From the NCBI GenBank assembly GCA_019058275.1, contig JAHLVW010000016.1, positions 14,541-78,540 on the forward strand: a DNA stretch of 64,000 bases, given 5' to 3'. How positions within the stretch are numbered: the stretch's first letter is position 1; each line of letters begins with the position of its first letter. This DNA comes from Candidatus Heimdallarchaeota archaeon (GTDB lineage: Archaea > Asgardarchaeota > Heimdallarchaeia > JABLTI01). Below the pieces are notes generated by a model that made no database searches, was not told the DNA's origin, and saw nothing but the letters and a program-made list of their open reading frames with translations. The translations under genes were made by a program, and so were the position numbers. Positions 48,881-59,294 of this stretch are shown here, piece by piece.

Positions 48881-50071
48881 TTGGCAAACTCATCACTATA
48901 TCAATATGCATCCAAATATGCTCAGAAAGCTTATGAGCAAGATAAGGCAGGAAATTATAAAGCAGCACATCAAAACTATTTGAAAGCAGCAGAGGTACTT
49001 CAACAGCTATTATCCTTTACAAGTAATCCTCAACTAAAAAACATGTACTATGTTAAGGCAAAAGAATACCTTGCACGTGCAAAAGAATTGAAAGATCAAG
49101 GATTACAACCTGTTGAATATGGTGGGAAGAGAAAGAAAGGTTCAAAGAAGAAAACATCAAAAAAATCAGATGAAGAATCTGATGAAGAGCAGGATGAATT
49201 AGAAGAAGCGATTTCTGATATTATTGTAGTTGAAAAACCAAATGTAAAAATGAGCAATGTAGCAGGATTAAAAGAAGCAAAAAGAGCATTAAGAGAAGCT
49301 ATAATCTTGCCAATGAAAAGACCAGATCTCTTTAAAGGAGCAAGAAATCCTTGGAGAGGTATTCTGCTTTTTGGTGCACCAGGTACTGGTAAAACACTTC
49401 TTGCAAGAGCTGTTGCAACAGAAGTAGATGCTACATTCTTTAACGTAAGTGCCTCTAGTATTATTTCAAAATGGTTAGGAGAATCAGAAAAATTAGTTCA
49501 ACAATTGTTTGAAACTGCAGTTGATAAGCAACCGTCATTAATATTCATAGATGAGGTAGATAGTATTGCATCAACTAGAGGTGGAGGAGAACATGATGCA
49601 ATGCGTCGTGTAAAAACGACCTTGATGACCATGATGGATGGAATAACCACTAAAAAAGAAGATAGGATTGTTGTTGTTGGTGCTACAAACCTACCTTGGG
49701 AACTTGATCCAGCTTTTCGTAGTAGATTTGAGAAAAGAATTTACATTAACTTACCAGATTTACCAGCTAGAGCAAAAATCTTTGAGATACACACGAAAGG
49801 TGTTGAAATTGACGAAACTATTGATTTCAAATTAATTGGTGAAATGTCTGATGGTTACTCAGGAAGAGATATACAATTAATTTGTAGAGAAGCAGTAATG
49901 ATGCCTGTAAGAGAACTAGATGTTTCAGGAGCACTAGATAATCCTGACATCCAAGCTCGAAAAGTAGCTCTAGAAGATTTCATACTAGCTTTTGAGAAAA
50001 TAAAACCAAGTGTTGCCCCAGAGGAATTACTAAAATACAGAGATTGGGCAGAGGAATTTGGTAGTACTTGA
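48881..50071 (+). CDS. vps4: Vps4 AAA ATPase (MIT + AAA)
   Basis: N-terminal MIT (AYEQDKAGNYKAA..YLARAKELK), GAPGTGKT, pore loop SKWLGESEK, FIDEVD, C-terminal WAEEFG. Confidence 0.92.
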   Translation: MANSSLYQYASKYAQKAYEQDKAGNYKAAHQNYLKAAEVLQQLLSFTSNPQLKNMYYVKAKEYLARAKELKDQGLQPVEYGGKRKKGSKKKTSKKSDEESDEEQDELEEAISDIIVVEKPNVKMSNVAGLKEAKRALREAIILPMKRPDLFKGARNPWRGILLFGAPGTGKTLLARAVATEVDATFFNVSASSIISKWLGESEKLVQQLFETAVDKQPSLIFIDEVDSIASTRGGGEHDAMRRVKTTLMTMMDGITTKKEDRIVVVGATNLPWELDPAFRSRFEKRIYINLPDLPARAKIFEIHTKGVEIDETIDFKLIGEMSDGYSGRDIQLICREAVMMPVRELDVSGALDNPDIQARKVALEDFILAFEKIKPSVAPEELLKYRDWAEEFGST

Positions 50072-50195
50072 AAAATTAAATGATACATTAAGTTGATTTA
50101 TAAGAGAAAAATTGTTTAATTTAAAGAGTAACAAAATAACAAGTTAAAAATAAATAAAATGACATTGATTTATAACTTACTAGCGGGGACATTAA

Positions 50196-51008
50196 ATGTC
50201 AGTTAAAGAGAAGAAATCGAAATCAAAAACAAAGAAGAAACCTGAAAAGGAAGATGTTCAGATTAAGGAAAAAGTAAAGAAACCAAAAGAAAAACCCGCT
50301 GAGAAAACTAAAACTGAAGTCAAGCCACCAAGAGAGGCTACTCTTATCATTTCTCTCATTGAAAACCCCGTAACTACTGAAGAAAAAATTTACAATGCTA
50401 TGCTTCGTATTGAACAATTAATTGAATCTGATGTAGCAATTTCTCGAGAAGATTTATTCGATTTAGGAGAGGATATTGAGAGACAGCTGATGGAAATTTT
50501 ACCAGAATGGATAAATAAACCTTGGATGTATGTCACTCCCGAACACCAACAGCAATTAGATTCATGGTGTTCTGATTGGTCTAATTTTATTATGGAGTAT
50601 GCTCGAATAAACATCAAGCATATTATTCATATCGAAGAAGAGAGAGCAAAATATCCATTTAATAATAAACCAGTAAAGAAACGATTAGCTAGAAAACAAC
50701 TACAACAAATTGGAAATTATATTGTTGCTCAAGAAATGGGAATATGGTGGGATAAGAAGAAAATTAGATTGCGTCTTTATTGGCGTACTCTTGATGAATG
50801 GGCAGATATCATATATGAATGGAGCATCAAAACAGGTCGTGCAGCAGGTGCTGAACGTGTTATGACATTATATGATATCCAACAAGCAAATCAACCTTGG
50901 AGTACTATTCCACAAGAAGATCTTAGGCGAATCTTCGATATTATGGATGATAAGGGATACATTGAGTGGGCTGATAAAAAGAAAAATATTATTGCTTTTA
51001 TTTTCTAA
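50196..51008 (+). CDS. vps25: ESCRT-II Vps25 (EAP20) homolog with N-terminal extension
   Basis: QLDSWCSDW..PFNN..KRL..W.DK..YWRTLDEWADIIYEW..VMTLYDI matches the two winged helices of Vps25; adjacent to vps4. Confidence 0.88.
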   Translation: MSVKEKKSKSKTKKKPEKEDVQIKEKVKKPKEKPAEKTKTEVKPPREATLIISLIENPVTTEEKIYNAMLRIEQLIESDVAISREDLFDLGEDIERQLMEILPEWINKPWMYVTPEHQQQLDSWCSDWSNFIMEYARINIKHIIHIEEERAKYPFNNKPVKKRLARKQLQQIGNYIVAQEMGIWWDKKKIRLRLYWRTLDEWADIIYEWSIKTGRAAGAERVMTLYDIQQANQPWSTIPQEDLRRIFDIMDDKGYIEWADKKKNIIAFIF

Positions 51009-53197
51009 AAGCAACTTTTGTATTTTTTCTTGATTGTTTCTGAAGTAATTACTGTATTTAATGTTGGGAAGTTTTGCTGGAGAAGTTGATTGTATTGTAA
51101 TGAAGGTATGTTAATTTCGCTGATAGAATTGGTTGTCATACTAGTTTCAAGAGTAAATTGCTTCATTTGCAATGAGTTCTCAGATAAAACCATGGAATCG
51201 AGAGTAGTATTAGTAATCCATTCAACAACATTTAGAATAAAATCAAGATTGTGTGTTGAGTTATACTTTGCATTTATACCAAAATTATCTGCCATAAAAT
51301 TAGATCCCGAAACAACAACACGTCCTGTAGAATCGTTTGTTGAAACGAATGCTCCAACTGCCACATTTGATACTTGTCCTGCCCATGCTAAAGCTGCAGT
51401 ATTGTCTCCGATGAGACTTAATGAAGATCCATAATAATCAAAATTAACTATATCTTGAGTTACAGGATGAGTACTATTTAAATTAGTAATTAGAATGATA
51501 TTATATTCACCTGTTTCTTCATCATATATCATCGTTTCAGGTATCGTTTCTTCTTCAACTGTAATATTGAAGTTGTTTATTAAACGATTTGTTTCATTTA
51601 ATACAGATGAATCATTTGATGTCGCCATTACAAATAGACCATGACCTGAATCTACATAATCAGTAATATTATCTATTGTTGAATTTTCAAATGATTTGTA
51701 ATAGCTATGAACAACTTGATCTGCATCTAAATACAACCCAAAGGAGTTTGGATCTGCAATGATTAATGCATCAAAATCATTCAATTGTGAGAAATTATCT
51801 TGATGATTTAGCTCAATTAAGGCAATTCCTTCATCAGCTAATTTCCTATTCAATTCTCTGAATTGACCAAACAGATGGTCAATTTGCCATACTGAATGAT
51901 AAATATCAAATCCTATACGTGCTAGTGGTTCTTCAATTTCAATATCAATTGATACTTCAAGTATTTCTCCTGACTTACTTTCAATTGAAATTGTTTCTTC
52001 ATGAGTTCCAATGGTATGATCTGAAGGGATAATAAATTTGCAATTAACTAATCCGGTCTGGTTTAGAGTGATAGAAGAAGGAATGCTAACAATAGATTCA
52101 CTTGAAGCCAGATTACTTGTGAAATTGAATTGTTGTTCAACTGGACTAACAATTGTTAATGGAAAAGTCCAAACATCGCCTCTGAAAGCCTTCGTTAATG
52201 TAAATGGTAAATTATCTGGCATTACATAATAAACCATTGGCATGTTGTTAATTTTCTGTGCATTTGTGATGATTGTTTTTGCGGCTGTTACATTTACCAC
52301 TCCAGCTCCAGAATAGTAAATTGGATATTGTAATTCCAGTGAAGCGCTTTGCATTAAAGCAGCTTTCAACATACCAGGAGAGGTATCATATCCTTGCTCA
52401 TTACACCACGACATGAGTACAGCAGCCTTTGCAGCTACTTTTGGAGCTGCAAAACTTGTTCCTAAGGCTATTATGGTAAAACCTGAATCGACTAAATCTG
52501 GCTTTATGCTATGATCCTTAAGAGGACCAATGCTGCTATATTCAGCAATACCATCTGCAGTAGTTGCACCTACAGTTATTGCTTGTAAAGCATCTCCAGG
52601 ACCTTCTATACTTGAAGTAGAATAACCAGTAACATCCCCACTATTTCCAGATGAAATTACAACAAGTACACCTTTTTCTTTTGCAGCTCTATTGATTTTC
52701 TCAACTATTGTATCATTTTCAAGGATTGGGCCACCTAAAGAAATGTTAATGATGTCTGCATCTTCTTCATCAATAACCCAGTCTATAGCTGCAAAAATTG
52801 CTGGATATGATGCAGTACCCTCATTATCAGCACATTTTGCAATAATTAATTGTGCTTCAGGGGCAATTCCAATTGACCGACTAGCAATTTGCAATGCTAC
52901 AAGTGTTCCATGATTATATTGAGTATCATCAACAATAGTCTCATTTGTATCGTAACCATATTCTGTTGTAATAAAGCTCTTTTGTGCTATAATAGCATCT
53001 TTTAATTCTCTAGATGCTTTATAGCCAACTATTCTAGCATCCATATTTATACCTGAATCTAAAACAGCGACTTTAATTCCTGCTCCTCCATGTCTGGGTT
53101 GAATCCAAACCATTAGAAAAACAAACGCTCCACCAGAAATGAGTAGAAATATTATAACAACAGCCCAAATTGTCGTTTTTAAGCTTCGGTCAGCCAT
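51005..53197 (-). CDS. Membrane-anchored S8 subtilase with Ig-like and GATase-like (DUF4350-type) domains; site-1-protease-like architecture
   Basis: N-terminal TM; triad VAVLDSG / HGT / GTSFAAP; C-terminal IGFDIYH..DALII..GRVVVSG. Confidence 0.85.
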   Translation of the reverse strand: MADRSLKTTIWAVVIIFLLISGGAFVFLMVWIQPRHGGAGIKVAVLDSGINMDARIVGYKASRELKDAIIAQKSFITTEYGYDTNETIVDDTQYNHGTLVALQIASRSIGIAPEAQLIIAKCADNEGTASYPAIFAAIDWVIDEEDADIINISLGGPILENDTIVEKINRAAKEKGVLVVISSGNSGDVTGYSTSSIEGPGDALQAITVGATTADGIAEYSSIGPLKDHSIKPDLVDSGFTIIALGTSFAAPKVAAKAAVLMSWCNEQGYDTSPGMLKAALMQSASLELQYPIYYSGAGVVNVTAAKTIITNAQKINNMPMVYYVMPDNLPFTLTKAFRGDVWTFPLTIVSPVEQQFNFTSNLASSESIVSIPSSITLNQTGLVNCKFIIPSDHTIGTHEETISIESKSGEILEVSIDIEIEEPLARIGFDIYHSVWQIDHLFGQFRELNRKLADEGIALIELNHQDNFSQLNDFDALIIADPNSFGLYLDADQVVHSYYKSFENSTIDNITDYVDSGHGLFVMATSNDSSVLNETNRLINNFNITVEEETIPETMIYDEETGEYNIILITNLNSTHPVTQDIVNFDYYGSSLSLIGDNTAALAWAGQVSNVAVGAFVSTNDSTGRVVVSGSNFMADNFGINAKYNSTHNLDFILNVVEWITNTTLDSMVLSENSLQMKQFTLETSMTTNSISEINIPSLQYNQLLQQNFPTLNTVITSETIKKKYKSCF

Positions 53198-53312
53198 TAT
53201 TGCAACCCCAATGTTGATTGGTAATTTATGTTTAAAAAGGTAATACTTTATGATAATTAATCTATACCATTAAAAGCTATTGAAAGGAACAATAATTTAG
53301 GTAGAATAAAAA

Positions 53313-53759
53313 ATGGAAGAGAACTTTGAATTAGTTACCATTGGGATTGTTAGAAAAGAGGAAGAAAAGACTTGGATTGAAATTTTCAAAGAATATGAAA
53401 AAGCTTTATTGAAATTAGATGAATTTTCACATATTATCACTCTGTGGTGGGTTACTGGAAGAGATACAGAGGAAGATAGAAAGAATTTACAATCACATCC
53501 AAAAGTTAGTGGTAAAGTAAAAGATGCACCTTTATGTGGTGTGTTTGCAACAAGATCACCTGCACGTCCAAATCCTATTGGTTTAACGACTGTGAAAATT
53601 TTGTCCATAACCAAAAATAGAATTTATATTGATAAAACAGATGCATTTGACAATACACCAATAATTGATATTAAACCATATATTCCAAAATCAGATTGCA
53701 TAATGAATGTAACAATACCAGATTTTTTTGATATTCTAAGAGAAAGAAGAGAAGAATAG
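53313..53759 (+). CDS. tsaA: tRNA m6t6A37 methyltransferase TrmO/TsaA family
   Basis: GVFATRSPARPNPIGL, TPIIDIKPY. Confidence 0.9.
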   Translation: MEENFELVTIGIVRKEEEKTWIEIFKEYEKALLKLDEFSHIITLWWVTGRDTEEDRKNLQSHPKVSGKVKDAPLCGVFATRSPARPNPIGLTTVKILSITKNRIYIDKTDAFDNTPIIDIKPYIPKSDCIMNVTIPDFFDILRERREE

Positions 53760-53783
53760 CTGAACATTATACAGCTATTTTCT

Positions 53784-56630
53784 TTAGTTAAAAATTAATG
53801 AAATACCAGGTCTGCCTGGTTCAGCAACTTTTGCTTTGGGATGTTTAGATTTAGAAGCTAGTTCTATTGTGACTTCCTTAGCTTTGAATTCACGTTTGAA
53901 GTAATCTATAGGATCTTGCAATGCAGCTAATTCGGATTTTGCTTTTAACTTTGTATCAATACCTGGATTTTTTATTAGTTTTTGTGCATACTTTACAGCA
54001 GCATTTCCTGCTTTCTTTATTGACTCGTCAGCCATTATTGCTTTAATTAGATTATCAGGTTTTGTTCGTCGAATATCTAGTACTTTGTACATCCAATCGG
54101 ATGCAATAAAGATTTCAATAGTATGTAATGCTTTCTTTTCCTGTTTCTTAATTGCGTTAATTATGCCATCTATGTCATCTCGTACATTCTTGATTAAATG
54201 TTCCTCTTCTTCTAACTTCTTAGCAATTTTCTCTTTATTCGCTTTTGGAAATGGTCGTAGTGAAGCAAAATTCTTGTCTTTTCTAACAACAGCATTTATT
54301 TCTTCAGCAAAAAATGGAATAATTGGGGTCATCAAATCTACTAATGTAAATAATGCTTCTTTATATCCTGGACCTTTTACCTTCCCAGATCTGACTTCAT
54401 ACCATTTCAAATCATTGAGAATATCAAAGAATCCAGCACTAATTGCACTTCTAGATCTTTGCTGTGTGTAATGCTCAAATGTTTCTTCGATTTTTATTTG
54501 TAATCGACTGATAATCCAATTGTCTATACGTTGTATTTCATCAGTAAACTTAGTGGTAGTTATATCACGGTACAATGCTTTCATTCTCTTACCGGCTGCT
54601 TCTGCATCAGGATATCTGAAGTTTGCATCGTCATATCCTTCGCCAGCATAAGCTAAACCAAATCGAGTTGCATCAACACCAAATTTATCCATAACTTCTT
54701 TCAAAGTAACGGAATTACCTGCACTTTTACTCATCTTTGATCCTTCAATTTGGATCATTCCATTTGCTTCTACTTCTATGGGATAATGATTTGGTTTGAA
54801 GAGTGCTATATGTTGGAAGATGTAAAAAGTGAAGTGATTGAATATCAATTCCTTGGCACTACCACGGAAATCAGAAGGATAAAAATATTCGAATTCTTCC
54901 TTCATCTCTCTAATTGTTGATTTATCTAAACCAGATTTCTTTGAAGCATCATCTAATGAAACTTTATCTCGGAAGATACAATCAAACACCTCATTAGGTA
55001 GTTGTTCAGGTTTGATGCCTTTTTCATTAATTATTCTGGAAATCGTATAGTAAGCCATGTATACTGTGCTGTCGGACAATGTTTCAACGATCCATTCAGG
55101 ATCCCATGGCAATGGTGTACCTAAGCCACTTTTTCTGGCGCAAGCTTTGTCTTTTAACCAGTCAATAGTATACTCAAAAGATAAACGAGCTTTAGGTGGA
55201 TAAACAATCATTTTCTTTAACTGATTTCTAGCCTTTTTCTTCCACTTTTCATCTCCATAGGTAATGAACCATTGATCCTTCAAAATTTTGATGTGATTTT
55301 TAGTTGTACAACGACAAATTACTGGACCAGTAGTTTCCCAAATTGTAGATGAAATACCACCTGCAAATAAATCCTTGATTAAAATGTCTTTGATTTTACT
55401 TACAGCAATCCCAGCATATTTACCACAATTGTCATGCATTACACCTTTGTGGTATTCGTCTTTGTAAATCGCTTGTGTAGCATCTTCAGTAGCTTCGTCT
55501 TCTTGATTTTCAATGCCCATTTCTTCAATGATGTCTTTAGCTGGATGTTCACCTAAGCCAGGGGTTTTAATCATAGATATTAAGCTTATATCACTAGCAA
55601 AATCCTCTGATAAACCGTATTGAGCTAATTTTTTGGGATTGTTCCATAAGTCTCTTAATGCTGCATAATCAAATGGTGCATGACTGGGAACACTCATAAC
55701 CACACCAGTTGTGTGGTCCACAGCTACAAATGTAGCTGGCAATATCCTCACATCTTCTTCTCTGATTGGTGTATGACATTTCTTTCCAATGATTTCTATT
55801 CCCTTGAATCTACGAATAACTTTGACATCATGTAATTGATCTTGCAATTTGATAACAGTAGGTTCAGAAATGAACCATTTTTCACCATCAACCATTGCTT
55901 CAACATAAGCTCCATCTGGATGAATCCACATGTTGGTTACACCAAAGATGGTTTCAGGTCTCAAAGTTGCTGGAACTAAGTATCCATCTTCAAATGGGAA
56001 TTTTAGTATGATGAATTCTACTGGAGAATTACCTTCACCTTCTAATCGGTCATGATCGCCAGTTGGACTTTGACAGTTTCCACACCAAACAACGGGATGG
56101 GTTCCTTTCTTTACGTAACCCAATTTCTTCAATGTTTCATACTGCCACTCAATAAACCGACTAAATGGAGGGCACAGTGTTGTAGTAACAAATTCTCGAC
56201 GCCAATCAATACTTAGACCAAATTGACTCAAGTGCTTCTTGTTCAAAGTTTTATAATAAGAAGAGATGTGTAATGGATCTGTGAACTTATCAATTTCTGC
56301 ATCAGGTACGCCACTTTGTTTTAAAACGCTGATTTGGATCTTGTCACCTTTTTTCACACGTTCAGCAACACCTTGAACAGGTTGACCAGTAGCATGCCAA
56401 CCTTGAGGATAAATTACATTATATCCCAGCATACGTTTGAATCGTGCATAAGAATCACATTTCATAGATGTAAATCCATGTCCAACATGAACGCTTCCAT
56501 TTAGATAAACGATTGGAAACGTTATCATGAATTTTTTCTTATCATGATCTATATTCGCTTCGAAGATCTTTGTATCAGCCCATTTTTTTTGCCATTTGGG
56601 CTCTACTTTCTTTGCATCATAAATACTCAT
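53784..56630 (-). CDS. leuS: Leucyl-tRNA synthetase, archaeal type
   Basis: HVGH, SIDWRREF, DHDRLEGEG, TLRPET, TGVVMSVPSHAP, SDSTVY, KMSKS. Confidence 0.97.
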   Translation of the reverse strand: MSIYDAKKVEPKWQKKWADTKIFEANIDHDKKKFMITFPIVYLNGSVHVGHGFTSMKCDSYARFKRMLGYNVIYPQGWHATGQPVQGVAERVKKGDKIQISVLKQSGVPDAEIDKFTDPLHISSYYKTLNKKHLSQFGLSIDWRREFVTTTLCPPFSRFIEWQYETLKKLGYVKKGTHPVVWCGNCQSPTGDHDRLEGEGNSPVEFIILKFPFEDGYLVPATLRPETIFGVTNMWIHPDGAYVEAMVDGEKWFISEPTVIKLQDQLHDVKVIRRFKGIEIIGKKCHTPIREEDVRILPATFVAVDHTTGVVMSVPSHAPFDYAALRDLWNNPKKLAQYGLSEDFASDISLISMIKTPGLGEHPAKDIIEEMGIENQEDEATEDATQAIYKDEYHKGVMHDNCGKYAGIAVSKIKDILIKDLFAGGISSTIWETTGPVICRCTTKNHIKILKDQWFITYGDEKWKKKARNQLKKMIVYPPKARLSFEYTIDWLKDKACARKSGLGTPLPWDPEWIVETLSDSTVYMAYYTISRIINEKGIKPEQLPNEVFDCIFRDKVSLDDASKKSGLDKSTIREMKEEFEYFYPSDFRGSAKELIFNHFTFYIFQHIALFKPNHYPIEVEANGMIQIEGSKMSKSAGNSVTLKEVMDKFGVDATRFGLAYAGEGYDDANFRYPDAEAAGKRMKALYRDITTTKFTDEIQRIDNWIISRLQIKIEETFEHYTQQRSRSAISAGFFDILNDLKWYEVRSGKVKGPGYKEALFTLVDLMTPIIPFFAEEINAVVRKDKNFASLRPFPKANKEKIAKKLEEEEHLIKNVRDDIDGIINAIKKQEKKALHTIEIFIASDWMYKVLDIRRTKPDNLIKAIMADESIKKAGNAAVKYAQKLIKNPGIDTKLKAKSELAALQDPIDYFKREFKAKEVTIELASKSKHPKAKVAEPGRPGISLIFN

Positions 56631-56881
56631 TGTCCTATGAACCTCCTAAAGTTAATACCCCAGATGTGACATTCATCATGAGGATTTCTTTGTGAGCAAT
56701 CAATACGACAATTGCAATAATTGCATTTAAAATTGTTATCATATCCAAAGAAATGATATGTAATCTCACAATGCATTAAGCAAGTCTTGAACTCACCAAA
56801 AGTAGAAATCATTTGAGTTGAAATGCCTTCCACCCAGTAGTTATGATCAGAAGAAGATTCTCTACCGGATAAGAAGAACAT
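56627..56881 (-). CDS. Small Cys/His-rich protein translationally coupled to leuS
   Basis: GAGGA upstream; CLMHC, CNYCNC..C..HDECH; ATGA overlap with the leuS start. Confidence 0.6.
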   Translation of the reverse strand: MFFLSGRESSSDHNYWVEGISTQMISTFGEFKTCLMHCEITYHFFGYDNNFKCNYCNCRIDCSQRNPHDECHIWGINFRRFIGQ

Positions 56882-57087
56882 TATTCCTCATTTTAATTCC
56901 TCTAGTTTTCATTCTAGTGATTTCTTTATAAAAATTTCCCTACTAAACTTGGATTCCTTCAAATTTGGAATTTATAGCTTTAATACTAAAGACATTTGCC
57001 TCTAAGAGAGTAATTATTAAGTTATTTTGTCGAATATTAATTGTAAATGATACCATTTACCTAGAAATGAAGGAGTTTCAATGAGAA

Positions 57088-57813
57088 ATGCAAGTAGATA
57101 TGCATGTTCATTCAAACGCTAGCTTTGATTCCAAAATGAAAGTCGATATACTGCTTAGAAATTTGAAGAGCATTGGGTTAGATGGTATTGCAATTACTGA
57201 TCATGATACCTTAGAAGCAATTCCAAAAGCAAAGGAAATTGCCAAAAATTATGACGTGAAAGTTTTTTCTGCTGTTGAAATAACAACTAAAAAAGGACAC
57301 ATTATTGCTTATGGTATTCAGGAAAAACCACCTTATAGAAGTTCAGTTGAAGAAACTTTAGATTGGATAAAAGATCAAGATGGGCTATCTGTTTGTACTC
57401 ATCCTTTTAGAATCTCATCTCCAAGTTTAGGTGATGATGTCTACAATCACACATTTGATGCCTTAGAAATTAACGCAAAATGTCATTTATCACAAAATAG
57501 TGCCGCAGAAACAGCAGCAACAGTTTTGAAAATTCCTTTGATAGGTGGTAGTGATGCTCATTTTCTGAGTAGTGTTGGATTAATCAATACTTCTTTTGAA
57601 GATGAGATAACAAATGAAGATGAACTAATAAGCGCAATACGAAAACGTAGATGTGAAGTAATGTATAAGATTCCAGTTAGTATTAAAGGTGAATTAATCC
57701 CACCAATTCATGAAGAAGAACTAGGCATTTTTGATAAAATCTTAGAGAAAAAGAAACCAGTATTACCTGTTATTGAAGCATCTAACGAACAAGTACAATT
57801 TTTTGACAGTTAA
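57088..57813 (+). CDS. PHP-domain phosphoesterase
   Basis: DMHVHS, AITDHD, GHI, HPF, GGSDAH. Confidence 0.9.
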   Translation: MQVDMHVHSNASFDSKMKVDILLRNLKSIGLDGIAITDHDTLEAIPKAKEIAKNYDVKVFSAVEITTKKGHIIAYGIQEKPPYRSSVEETLDWIKDQDGLSVCTHPFRISSPSLGDDVYNHTFDALEINAKCHLSQNSAAETAATVLKIPLIGGSDAHFLSSVGLINTSFEDEITNEDELISAIRKRRCEVMYKIPVSIKGELIPPIHEEELGIFDKILEKKKPVLPVIEASNEQVQFFDS

Positions 57814-57941
57814 AAAACAGATTCCGATAAATAACCGAAACATAATCAATACCTTCGCTAAACCGTTCACAGAGAAATACTATATATATTCTTCTTGAAC
57901 TATGATTTGCATTTTTAAAAATTGCAACGAGTGGTTAAGCA

Positions 57942-59285
57942 TTGAATAAAAAAGCTATACTTACAATTTTATTGATTGCTATTTTCCCGACTTTTACAGC
58001 ATTTACGTTTAGCAGTTTTACTGTTAATACAATGAGTGACTATTCTTATGAACCGATGAATTTTCAAGTATATCCTGATTACTTTGACCCAGAAACATCA
58101 ATTATGACTTGGGATCTAGATATCATTGACATTGATCAAGTTGTGAATACTTATCCAGATGTCAATGGTGATGGAGTCTATGTTGCAGTATTAGACACAG
58201 GACTGGTAGCAAATTGGCGAGATTACTTCCCTGAAGAACGAATAAAAACTGAGTGGGGAAGAGGTTTTGTTGATAAAGGTGTTATGGCTGCCATAAATGG
58301 TGGTATTTATATCCCACATATAGTTGAATCTGTAAACTTCATAGATGATCACCCACATGGAACACATGTTACAAGCTCAATTATCGGTTATGGTTTCTAT
58401 GGTACACTTGTACTAGGAGTTGCTCCAAAAGCAACAATAATCCCTGTTAAGGTTTTAGAAACTTATTCCGGTTTACAAGCAAACTTTGGTACTAATTACG
58501 CAATTGCAGCAGGTATTGACTATGTTACAAATTTAGCCATTGACAATCCAGATAATCGATTTATTATTAGTATGAGTTTAGGTTCTCTTACTCAAATCGA
58601 TGAGATTGAGCAAGCTGCAATAGATAGAGCTATCGCTAATGGAGTGGTAGTAGTGGCTGCAGCAGGCAACTATGGCGTCGAAGGCATGGATTCTCCAGGA
58701 TCTTATGCACCAATTATTTCAGTGGGTGCTTCAGGCTGGTCTTCTTACACCGAATTATATGGATACAATGGTGAATGGCTTATTGATGGCACATTTTCCA
58801 GCAGTTGGTGGGATGAAGACATTCCAGAAGACAACTCTTATGTTTCCTACGTAACTGACTTTAGCGGAAGAATAAACCCAGAACTAAGCTGGGATCAAGA
58901 ATTAGACATTCTTGCTCCTGGAAGCTGGGTTGTTGGTCCATATCCACAAGGATTTGGTCAAAGCCGTCTACCATGGTGGGCACCAGGAGTTGGTACAGGA
59001 CTATGGGGTGGTAACTTTTATTTCGTTGGCGGAACATCGATGGCTACTCCTCACGTTTCAGGTGTAGTGGCACTAATGTTACAAGTGAATCCTGATCTCA
59101 CTCCAGCAGAAGTTGAATCAATATTGAAGATGACTGCTGATTTTATCCCATTTGCAGGTAGTGCGTGGGTACTTTATGATCCAAATGATCCTGTGTTAGT
59201 AGAAATTACTTGGGGTTATGATGGATTTGAGGCAGTAGGTTCAGGATTAGTACAAGCAGACGCTGTAATAGACTATTTAATATAA
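57942..59285 (+). CDS. Secreted S8 serine peptidase
   Basis: Signal peptide; VAVLDTG, HGTHV, AAAGN, GTSMATPHVSG. Confidence 0.92.
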   Translation: MNKKAILTILLIAIFPTFTAFTFSSFTVNTMSDYSYEPMNFQVYPDYFDPETSIMTWDLDIIDIDQVVNTYPDVNGDGVYVAVLDTGLVANWRDYFPEERIKTEWGRGFVDKGVMAAINGGIYIPHIVESVNFIDDHPHGTHVTSSIIGYGFYGTLVLGVAPKATIIPVKVLETYSGLQANFGTNYAIAAGIDYVTNLAIDNPDNRFIISMSLGSLTQIDEIEQAAIDRAIANGVVVVAAAGNYGVEGMDSPGSYAPIISVGASGWSSYTELYGYNGEWLIDGTFSSSWWDEDIPEDNSYVSYVTDFSGRINPELSWDQELDILAPGSWVVGPYPQGFGQSRLPWWAPGVGTGLWGGNFYFVGGTSMATPHVSGVVALMLQVNPDLTPAEVESILKMTADFIPFAGSAWVLYDPNDPVLVEITWGYDGFEAVGSGLVQADAVIDYLI

Positions 59286-59294
59286 TGCAAAATT

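Noticed and set aside
48881-50071. PAN or Cdc48 assignment for the AAA ATPase
   Set aside because: The MIT domain, single AAA module, KWLGESEK pore loop, terminal EEFG and vps25 neighbour all indicate Vps4.
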